Below are positions 24,745 to 34,148 of a stretch of 64,000 bases of DNA, piece after piece. This stretch comes from Phyllosticta citribraziliensis (Eukaryota). Made by a program: the position numbers and the translations under genes. The stretch is from the NCBI RefSeq assembly GCF_038025025.1, contig NW_027117339.1:2356001-2420000 (forward strand). Direction: 5' to 3'. Positions within the stretch are counted from its first letter, which is position 1, and each line of letters opens with the position of its first letter. Below the pieces are notes generated by a model. It was given only the letters and a program-made list of their open reading frames with translations, had not been told where the DNA came from and did not search any database.

Positions 24745-25076
24745 GGCGGGCAGTGATGTTTTCGGGGGGCGGTTATGTGTGCAGAGCTTTTTCTAGAGGA
24801 AAAGGCATGGAGGAGGTGAAAGTTGCGTGCGTGGTAAGCGGCGACCATTGAGTAGCCCATCCGCCGTGACGTGTGGCCGCCGGGGAGGGAGCTTGCGCAC
24901 GAGCCGCCTCGAGAGACTGGCCATCCCAGACGCAGGAACGCGCCCTCAGCTCAAAGTCGCGATTCGACGCGCCCCGCCTCCAAACGGTCCCGGGCCTGTA
25001 CCCAGCCGCCTTCCGTTGTCTTCAACCCAGCTCTCACCCCGAATCTCTGTCGCCGCCAGCCGTTGCCCATGCCGCG

Positions 25077-28000
25077 ATGCTCTCGTCATACTCGCGCTGG
25101 AACGTCGACGTTCCTCCCAACATCGACCTCGATCGACGGCAAGAGCGAAACAGACAGCGCATGAAATCCAGGTTCGAGCGCATTTTCGAGCAGTACGAAC
25201 GCGACTTTACCGGCCAAGATGACGAAATCGACTTGGAGACGGGAGAAATCGTCGTCAACAACGGTCACTTGGAGAGCATGCCTGACCATGATGGTTCGGA
25301 GGAATTTGGTGGTCTCTTGAACTTGGGACATGACGCACAATATCACGACGATTATTTCCACGGCGCTGAACTGACGCCTCGCGGTGATGATGAAGAGGAC
25401 GAACTGGCAGCCATGTGCCCCGTGGGATTGCTTGCCGTACGCATATTTTCCGAGCAAACGCCCTGTCTTTGGCTAACTGTACATCTGTCGCAGGTGGCTG
25501 TGCGCGAACCTAGTCCCAGGCCTGCCGGATCGCCAGCAGCTTCTCCTATCCCACAAGCAAACGCTCCAGAAGAGACACCTCACGATACTTCCGGAAAAGT
25601 GGATCAGGTGACGGAGATGGAGAAGCAAATACAGCAAATGTCTCGGCAGCTTCAAGAGCTCCGACAGCTTGTGACTCAGCCGTCAATACAACCACTTGCT
25701 GAACCAGAACGCCCCAAAGACCCAAAGTGGTATGCGCCTCCTCTACCCAACCCTCCTCGGATATACAGAAAGTCTGAAGACTCCGTCTGGGACGCACCTC
25801 CTTTGCCCGGCCACCTTCCGCGACAAGAAAACCCAAAAACCAGCCCGGTACATGATATTGAAGAATTAGAGATTCCTGGACCCACCGAGGCAACAGCGTG
25901 GGACCTCGCAACCCCTGTGGAGATGGTGAGACGGCTATGGACGGAAAAGGAAAACGAATTGATATTGGAGCTCCGAGGCAAGAACCTTCTCTTTAGAGAA
26001 ATTGCGGCTCAGCTACCAGGCCGCACTACAGCTCAGGTTGTCACACACTGGCATACTATTCAGGATCGACTCGACAAGCAGAACACGGTCTCAGAGAGCT
26101 TTGAGAGAGACTCGGAAAGGTGCGAGGAAGCCTCAAACGCTGCAACGAGACGCCGGGAAAAGCTGCCCCTTGGTAGTGTTGACAAAAATTCAGAGGAAAT
26201 CAATCTGACGGACGCTTCCTCTGCGGCTCGGGAGAACGAGACGTCAACTGAATCCAACATGAGCGAATTCGACAAATCCGTTGCTCAGCCGCCAGAAGAT
26301 GTTCGACTGGAAAGTAATACGGACCAGCGTCCCTTTCGCCGTTCTAGAAGGAAAACATTATCAACTCAATCCTTGTTTTTACCTCATGATCGGGGCTCCG
26401 CATCTCCTCCGGCAGCAGCTCAACAACCGGCTGCCGAACCAGCTTTAGAAACTACCCAAGAAACAGCACAGCCCCCGGAGCATTCATGTCAATCAAGTAC
26501 GCAGTCCCTCGCTGAGGAGGTTCGCGAGTGGTGTAAAAGTAAGATTGGCGCGACGGACAATCCTCGTAGACCATACTTCTGCCAGCTGTGTGGCCATTAC
26601 TGGCGAACGGAAGAGAAAGTCATGTCTCACTTCTTCAAGGCCTCGGGCTGCAAGGCGCTGCCTCTTCGGCGTCTTAGGCAACCCTCGAAGTCGAGTGAGC
26701 CTTGGACTTGTGTCAGGTGTTGTCAAACATGGGCGACCAGAGCCGGCGCAGACTCTCATGGTGCAGATTTATCTCTCTGCCAACCCATTGCTCTGCATTC
26801 TTCAACCACGGATGAACCGCCATCTCAGCGAACTTCTCCCGATGGTGACGATTTCGAAGATCAGCCAATCCCTCCAAGTCCCATGGTTGTAATCCCAGCA
26901 TGGCCGCGAGGGCGTCACATCCCGTTGAATGTTTCACCAAAGGCAAACGACGCAAGCAATTACAGCTCGGAGACAAACGGTAAAAGGTCCCGCAGGCACA
27001 GGACTAGTTTTGCCAAAAGAACTCAAAAGGACATGTCCGATCCACCTTCTGCAAACGAGACGCCTTTGGCGAAACGGACCAAGATCGATAAAGCGTTCAT
27101 AACATCGACCCCTACTGTGCCAGCAGGAGAATCAGTACAGGACACATCTCCTCGGTTGCCGCAGACAAAAGGAATCATGAATGACTCGTATGCAAGCGAT
27201 CGTCCTGAAAATGACCTCTCGACTGGGACAGATTTGATTGAAACGCCCCCAACGAGCTTTGTGGAAGACGCAGTTGACCTATCCGAGAACAGTAATGGCG
27301 AGCTGGCAAGTCTGTTTGAAGAAGCCGGAGCTACAGAGGCCGCGACGGAATCCGCCAAAGATGATGATGTCCAGTCGGCGTCCAAGGCGACTCCCGCGCC
27401 TACCGCGACTCAGTCGTCGTTGACCTCGACGGCAGCATGTGCGGCGATAAAAACTCCCAAAGCTGCCCACGATCACAGTGTAGTGGTTGCGGAGCGTACC
27501 ATGATGGCAGATGAAGTGCCACAGGCAGATCTCCATGGAGCAAGCACCCAGGAACATTTTGGGGAGCAAGAACGACCACCTCCGTCGCCAGAGCCAGTGG
27601 CCTCGGAGACTCAAGCCCCTACCAGCCCAGATGGTCCGCCAGATTCCGAGGATGATACCGACCTGGATCTCGATGATTCTGCGATACAGAGCATGATTGA
27701 AGACCCAGACTCATTCATTGTCGAATCGACAGAGGTGGACCCTGATCCGACGCAGCTCATCGGATACCTGTCGCCCGCCAAGTCGGAGAGCGAAGACGAA
27801 CTGCAAAAAGCGTCGTCTCCTTGCCCTATACTGTCCGAAAATGCAGTCATGCTGCCAAAACCTCAAGCGGGAAGCAGTAGTCCAGCAGACTCACTCGCTC
27901 GCCGCCGCCGTTCGCAAGGTCGAAAACCTCTCGCCATCTCATTGCTCGACAAGGAGGCTCCCAGCGCGTCTGCTAGAACTCCGCGACGACAGCAACTTCC

Positions 28001-28268
28001 CACCAAAGCCTCTCAAAGATCGTTGGTTAAGTCGTCTACAAAGTCAGCTGTGTCGTCGTTCAAGACTCCTGCCAAGCCGGCTTCCGCTTCAAAACGCAGC
28101 AGCAGCAGCAGCAGCTCCAGCCGCAAAGCGCGCCAAAACCATTCGGCCAAAAGTAATGGCGTGAAGGATTCGCCGCTGCAGAAAAGCTCGGCGCCGCAGA
28201 AACCGAGGAAGAGTAGGCTCAGCGACATGCTGCTTCCTGGGGGTGATTCGGACGATGACTTGTTTTGA
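25077..28268 (+). CDS. SCM3: Scm3-domain (CENP-A/Cse4 chaperone) protein with a Myb/SANT repeat and two Zn-finger-like motifs; probable in-frame intron 25437-25493
   Basis: Scm3 signature RMKSRFERIFEQYERDF...DEIDLETGEIVVNNGHL. Myb-like WTEKENELILELR..FREIAAQLPGRT..HW. CxxC..H..C motifs. Intron signals GTACGC..GCTAAC..CAG. Confidence 0.85.
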   Translation: MLSSYSRWNVDVPPNIDLDRRQERNRQRMKSRFERIFEQYERDFTGQDDEIDLETGEIVVNNGHLESMPDHDGSEEFGGLLNLGHDAQYHDDYFHGAELTPRGDDEEDELAAMCPVGLLAVRIFSEQTPCLWLTVHLSQVAVREPSPRPAGSPAASPIPQANAPEETPHDTSGKVDQVTEMEKQIQQMSRQLQELRQLVTQPSIQPLAEPERPKDPKWYAPPLPNPPRIYRKSEDSVWDAPPLPGHLPRQENPKTSPVHDIEELEIPGPTEATAWDLATPVEMVRRLWTEKENELILELRGKNLLFREIAAQLPGRTTAQVVTHWHTIQDRLDKQNTVSESFERDSERCEEASNAATRRREKLPLGSVDKNSEEINLTDASSAARENETSTESNMSEFDKSVAQPPEDVRLESNTDQRPFRRSRRKTLSTQSLFLPHDRGSASPPAAAQQPAAEPALETTQETAQPPEHSCQSSTQSLAEEVREWCKSKIGATDNPRRPYFCQLCGHYWRTEEKVMSHFFKASGCKALPLRRLRQPSKSSEPWTCVRCCQTWATRAGADSHGADLSLCQPIALHSSTTDEPPSQRTSPDGDDFEDQPIPPSPMVVIPAWPRGRHIPLNVSPKANDASNYSSETNGKRSRRHRTSFAKRTQKDMSDPPSANETPLAKRTKIDKAFITSTPTVPAGESVQDTSPRLPQTKGIMNDSYASDRPENDLSTGTDLIETPPTSFVEDAVDLSENSNGELASLFEEAGATEAATESAKDDDVQSASKATPAPTATQSSLTSTAACAAIKTPKAAHDHSVVVAERTMMADEVPQADLHGASTQEHFGEQERPPPSPEPVASETQAPTSPDGPPDSEDDTDLDLDDSAIQSMIEDPDSFIVESTEVDPDPTQLIGYLSPAKSESEDELQKASSPCPILSENAVMLPKPQAGSSSPADSLARRRRSQGRKPLAISLLDKEAPSASARTPRRQQLPTKASQRSLVKSSTKSAVSSFKTPAKPASASKRSSSSSSSSRKARQNHSAKSNGVKDSPLQKSSAPQKPRKSRLSDMLLPGGDSDDDLF

Positions 28269-28532
28269 GCGTACTTCAGCGTCTTTCGGAACAGGTAGTT
28301 ATGGGGCATTGCATCATGGAATTTGACATGGCGATTGCGCGGCATACGGCAGGTCAGGTATGGCATGAGCAATCCAGCTCGTCTGGACTCTTTTTCGCTT
28401 CATGGGAGCATCAGCAGGCATTGCGCACTTCTAACTTCTATTCAAATGGACGATATTTCCGCCGCGAGTATTCTTTGCAAAACATCAACCCGCACCAGTT
28501 TTTCGACGTCGACACCCATGTTCCCCCTTTTC

Positions 28533-30952
28533 TCAGCCTCTCACGCTTTCCCTCCCACCACCACTCTCATTCCTCTCCACCATGCTCACTCTCGCCGGCA
28601 TCCCCTGCCGCGGCTTCGCAATACCAATACGCACCTGATACGCCTCATCGCCCAGCACAGGCCGCTTGTCCCAAGGCCTCTCGCGCGCCCACTGCGTCCC
28701 CGCGCCCTCGAGCCGGTCCGTCCCACGAAACGTCGTCGCCACGTTGAACCGCCTTACCGTGAGCGCGAGGATGATTTTCGTCTCCAGCACGGCCAGGTCT
28801 TGCCCGATGCAGCGGCGCGGGCCCTTTTCGAACGGTCGCCAGGCGTTTTTGTTTGGTGGGGGTTGCGGCTGCTGTGGTGGTTGTGATGTTGTTGTGGTGG
28901 TGTCGGTAGGGGATGGTAGCGACGAGAGGAAGCGCTCTGGGACGAAGGCGTGCGATGTTGCGCCCCATAGAGCTGGACGCCGGTGGCTGGCGAAGTTGTT
29001 GAAGTACACGTTGAAGCCGGCCGTGGGGAATGAGTGGCCGGACGAGCGCGAGTGGACGAAGGCACTGTGAGGCAATGATTGTCAGTGTCGCAATCAACGC
29101 AGACATCGCTCGTCTTGTTCCCGGCCGCGATGGGCGCGGGAAAAAGAAAAGAAAATGGCTTTGTCTGGTAATAGCTGTTGTGAAATGAAAGATCTCTGGA
29201 CAGAGCCACAGTGCTCGGAATCGCCATTCCTTTTGTCGTGCAGTAAAACAAAGGGTGAACTTACTCCTTCGTACCCACGCGGAGCGTGCCCGCGGGGTTA
29301 TACAAGCGCAACGTCTCCTTGACGACAGCCGTCGTGTACTCAAGGCGACTCAGGAGTTGTGGGTTGCTCCGGATGGCATCCGCGGTGCCCTCGACATCAC
29401 CCAGCACTTGATCGTGCTCGGCGCGCAGCGCCGCGAGGCAGCGCGGGTTGTTGTGCAGCAGGTGGTAGGCGTAGCAAATGGTCGAGCTGGTCGTGTCGTG
29501 CCCGGCGAACATGAACGTTTTGATTTGCGTGAGCGCGGTGTCGCGGAAGCCTTGAGGCAGTTTTTGCTGTTGTTTGGATGGTCTTTTATCGTCTACCGGT
29601 GGCGTGGCGGCGCCGTTCTCCTTATTCTGCTGCTCGCCGAGGCCTGCGTCGAGGATGATGTCGATGATGTATTTCAACTTTACTTCCTCGTCGGGAGAGG
29701 GCTTTTCACTCACGGCGGCCGCGGATCGCGATGCTAGCCGGTCGTCGACAATCTTCCCGATAAACTCGTTCATCGTGTCCGTGTTCTCTCTGATTTTACG
29801 CAGCGTCAACGGATTATACCTGTCAAACAGACCTCGGCTCTGATCATCGCCGCACAGCCGCACCTGACTGCGGAACGCAGAGAGCAACTCGTTGTCACCA
29901 TGTTGGGAATCCAAGTTGACATCTCTGTCAAACACAGCATAAGCAAAAGCCATCCGTTAGTCCGGGGAGAGTGTTGTCAACTCACAGCACAATCTTGCCA
30001 ATAATGTCAATCGTCAGACGCGTGGCAATCTCCTCCATGCGGAACAAGTCGCCAGCGCGAGCGTGCTCCTGTAGGACGTCGCAAAAGTCGATAGAGCGGT
30101 CCACGATTTCGGGGACCAGCGTCATCAGGTTGGTCAAGGAGAAGCCGGGGTTCAGCATCTTCCGCCACGTCTTCCACAGCGGGCCGTTCATGGCGACGAG
30201 GCTATTTTTGCCGACAAGTCCGTCGAGCATGTGCGTTATGAGCGGCGATTTGGGTACTTTTGTTTCCGATGTCAGAATGGGCCGCAAGTGACGAAGGAAA
30301 ACATTCCGTGTCAAAATAAATATCAACTCTCTGGGTGGTGTTGACGAACGATAGATCCGCAGGTGCAATCATGGTGGTGTGGTGAAAGACTGCTTCCTGA
30401 GTCTTCTCACGGCGCCGGAAGTCCACACATCTATTGACACCCACAAAAAGAAGGGAAAAAAGGGACAGAGTCGAACTCGGATATTTGGGGTGCCATAAGA
30501 CACCCACGAAAAGGTAATGAAAAGTACATACTCACAGTTTGTCAAATGCTGCGCATAACTTGGGTCCACAACCACGAGCAACGGGTCCGAAAACGGCCAG
30601 GTGTCGAGGTAGAAGAAATCATCAAAGCCATGCTGCTGGGCGATCAGGAACATGAGCACCTGATGGTGGACATTGAACGGCTGCGACGCCGCCACCTGTG
30701 CGACCAGGCTCAAATGCCCGAGCAAGTATGAGTGCGGCGGGCCAGGCTATTTCGACCACAAAAGTAGAGCGTCAACGTGCTAAGAACTTTTGATTCGGAT
30801 TGCGCCGATGGAGCGAGTGGTGGTTTTGGATTTAAAGGTGGACGTACCAAAGCATGGAGCTGTCGTCGGATGCGGAATCCCTTGTACAGGAACCGCGCAA
30901 CCACGAGCGCAATTACGGAGAGGAAAATCGTCGAGAGGCCGCCAGCTGCCAT
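28533..30952 (-). CDS. Cytochrome P450 resembling StcS/VerA-type enzymes (exons 30952-30848, 30746-30536, 30256-29986, 29924-29265, 29064-28533)
   Basis: N-terminal anchor, PGPPHSYLLGHL, FYLDTWPF, WKTWRKMLNPGFS, FAGHDTTS, ETLRLY, PERF and heme motif WRPFEKGPRRCIG. Four introns of 101, 279, 61 and 200 nt. The exon-3 acceptor (AAG) is the least certain boundary. Confidence 0.88.
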
Positions 30953-31494
30953 GGTCGCAATGGATAATGGAGTGCTGAATTGTACATTAAACAAGCTCCA
31001 GTCGGTGGAGCAGTTGCCGCTTGCTTCTGTTCTTTCCTCCTCTTTTCAAACCGAGGAATGGCAATTTCTGCTTGTGTAACTTGCAGCGTGCGTAGGTGGC
31101 GACGTGACCCAGGAAAATATGCCACCAGAATTCTGCTAGCTTCGAGTTCCAGAGATGGAGGCAGTAAACGATTTTAAGAGTCACTTACTGTTAGAGTGCA
31201 ATTGAAGAGAAGGGATGGACTAGTGATTCGTTATCAGCAGCTACGCTACCTCCGCTTTACGAATTTTCCCTCTAGAGCAGGGCACTTGAAATCGTACTTA
31301 CTTATCAGACCAAGTCGATCGCAAGTGTGACAAAGTGACCTGTTAGTTGGGTGGGCTGTGCTAGTTTCCAATGACACGGGGCGTCCTGATCAACTGCTGT
31401 TTCAACCTTAATTGCTGTCGGCATACATCCCCGTCCAAACCACTACCACCTCGGAGGCGGCTTGATGCTCGACTTCGAGAGCTTGAAATTGAGA

Positions 31495-31515
31495 TTTTTT
31501 TTTTTTTTTTTTTTT
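31495..31515. repeat. Poly(T)21 tract upstream of the P450
   Basis: Directly visible homopolymer. Confidence 0.9.
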
Positions 31516-32016
31516 GGTGCTGTTGCACCAGGGCCGGAATGGAAATGACGACAATCACATCGTACTTAAGGGGATGGCATTTTGTAATTTGTCAATGTTG
31601 GATCTTTCGATGCAAATACTAAGCGACAGCGGAGAACGGTCGCACAGCATGGATTGCTTCTTTGGGTAGTGCCTCAGGTTGCCGCTGCTGGCGCAACATG
31701 ATGTCAGGCCGAGAAATTTGGGAAGGGTCCTTCGTTGTCGTTTCGACCAGAAAGGGAGATCAGCTTTGACAAGGAATGCTCCTCATCTGTCTTGGAAGTG
31801 ACTGAACGAATTTGCCCTGCTTCGACTAACACCGTAACAACTCGTGCATTCCCCCTGACCGTCATCGTAGCAAGTGTACGCAGTATTCAGCGAATGGGTG
31901 ATTCTTCCACTGAATTTTCCTAATCTAGGTATATACAGACCAACGAAAAACTCCGTGTGCACCACCCACCAAAAGACTGGGGGAAGCAGCACCGCTACGC
32001 CTCTAATCCCAACAAT

Positions 32017-33875
32017 TTACAAGTCCTCGCGATAGAGCTCTTCCTGACTGCCCTCATTGTCCCTCTCTCTGTCTGGATCTTCCTCTCCCTCGCCCCAATC
32101 AAACCATTCCTCAAACTCCCACTCCCATTCATCTTCGTCCCCCTCTGGTCTAGGGGCTCTTTCCCCATCGTTTCTGTTCTTCTTCTTGGCGTCAGCTTCA
32201 TCTTTTCCACGAGATTTGTCTTTGGACTTGCTGGACGCCTTGTCATCGCCCTCATCGTCCTCTGTGTCAATGATGCCTCTAAATTCCCTCCCGTGCGGCG
32301 TGTCAATCAATATGAGCCGCCACGCCCTGTTACCAGCCATTTTGCCGAGTTCCTTTTTGAGGTCGTCGACGTCGCGCGGGTCTTTGATGTCCAATTTGCG
32401 CAGCTGCTCGGGTGTCATGACTTTTTCCTTGCCGCGGCCGTCCGAGGACGCAACAGTGCCCAGCATCGTCTCCTTGCCGCCGCCCACCACAACGGACTTT
32501 TCTATCCGCGACCCCGGCTGCCCGACCAGCTGTTTGGCACCGACGACTGTGCCGCCAACCGTCGGGAGCGGTCGAGACGTAGCTTGTGGACCCGAGGCGG
32601 CGGCAGCCAAGGCAGGCGGAAGTCGAATGGAGGCTTCTTTCGTTTCGGGTTTGAGAGCTTTTCCAACGGCCGATTCTGCGCGGTGATGGTGCGCAGCAGA
32701 GGGGAGGGTGGCTCCTGGAGGGGAGCCTGGGGAGGCGATAGGAGCACAGGAGATGGCATGGGCGCGGTTTTCTTGCGGTGGTAGAAAAGCCACATCGTTG
32801 CAAAGCCGCGGGGTATATATAACCATGAGGTACGAGCATGTGGCGACTTCTTTAATCATGCCAATTCTGTCGGGCGTGTTTGGATGGCAATGAAACTAGC
32901 AGAATTAGTGATGACGTTCACCCCAAGGAGAAGTGCAAGAAACTCACCTGCACCTCGATTTTGCGGTCCTTGCCCGTAAGATCGCAAGTCGTGCCACCAG
33001 TCAGCTTCTGCACAAGATAGCGACTCTCGCCTTTAGTCTCCATGCGCGCAACAGCAGTCTCCTCCCCGTCCTTTTTGACGCCCTTGCTATTTCCTTCATC
33101 GTCGACATTAGCCTCGTCCACCTCAGACTCCACCTTTCCTTTTCTTTTGCCGTCATCAGGAAATCTTCCAAGGATGTAACTCCCGACACTCTCGTCCTCT
33201 ACTGGCGGGTAGATTGGCACGCCTCGGCTCGGCGGCAATTGGTGGAACTGCTTGACGCCTTCGTTGTAGCAAAAGCTGTAGCTCCACCACCCGCTCAGAA
33301 AATATATGCAATTGCCTTGCATGCCCTTGAGTAGTTCCCAGCCCCGATCCGTAGCTCGTGAAAGCTCTTTCTCCTCGTCGGCGGCTGACTGCGTCACGTT
33401 GTCTGCCGAGCGATTGCCCGCTGTGTCGACAATAGGTATACGGCAAAGATACGGACGCGAGTGGAGGACCAGACGCTCGTAGGTTGCGCTCAGCTCGTCA
33501 TCATGATCTTGTTCGCCTTGGTGAGAGCTGTGGAAGGGGTCGGTGGCGCCAACAGGAACGCCGTCGTCTTGTCGAGGCTGGTGCGAGACATCGACATTGG
33601 AGATGGCGCCATTAGGTGTGTCGGCGGCTTTGGAAGAGAGGTACAGCGACTTTGCGTGCTCGTCGGATATGCTACCATCCGAGAACCTGATCTGGTACTG
33701 CTGAGCGTCAATGTTGGTTCTTTCCGGCGCATGTGCGCGCTGGTGCGAGAGCAGCAAGGTGGCCAGGCCAGCTTACCTGCGGGAATGCAAGCAGGTCGTC
33801 CAGTACGCTGAACGACCCTGGACTTGCGAGGACAAGCCGCATCAATGCGGGCAGCGCCCATAACTGCTTCATCAT
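32017..33875 (-). CDS. YOS9: ERAD lectin Yos9/OS-9 (exons 33875-33777, 33697-32948, 32895-32017)
   Basis: Signal peptide, FSVLDDLLAFPQY, MRH domain CIYFLSGWWSYSFCY...QFHQLP, GGTTCDLTGKDRKIEVQFHC and IKEVATCSYLMVIYTPRLC. Acidic tail ending REDL. Confidence 0.94.
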
Positions 33876-34148
33876 CGTGGCTCTTGATGTGGAGGCATCA
33901 GTTCAGAGCGCGTCGGATGATGTCGTGGTCGACGATCGCGGGGATTCGGCGGAGATGGATGCGGAGCGGAGGACAGCTCGCTTCTTTCCCTTTCGCTGCC
34001 AAGCAGCAACACCATCACCATCGCATCATCAAACAGCTTGTTGAACATCGAGCAGGATTCTTCTGTGGCCCGCAAAGAATGACATTCCCAAAATTATCAG
34101 TCGTCAAGGTATAATGCTTAAAACAAACGAATGATTCGCCAGCATCCA

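Noticed and set aside
24873..25076. N-terminal 68 aa of the 1131-aa ORF
   Set aside because: GTG start inside the shared ATG6/SCM3 promoter; the first ATG at 25077 directly precedes the Scm3 domain.
31705..31866. Ankyrin-like fragment (GNARVVTVLVEAG) in a 53-aa minus-strand ORF
   Set aside because: Single partial match with no TPLH and no second repeat; likely chance.
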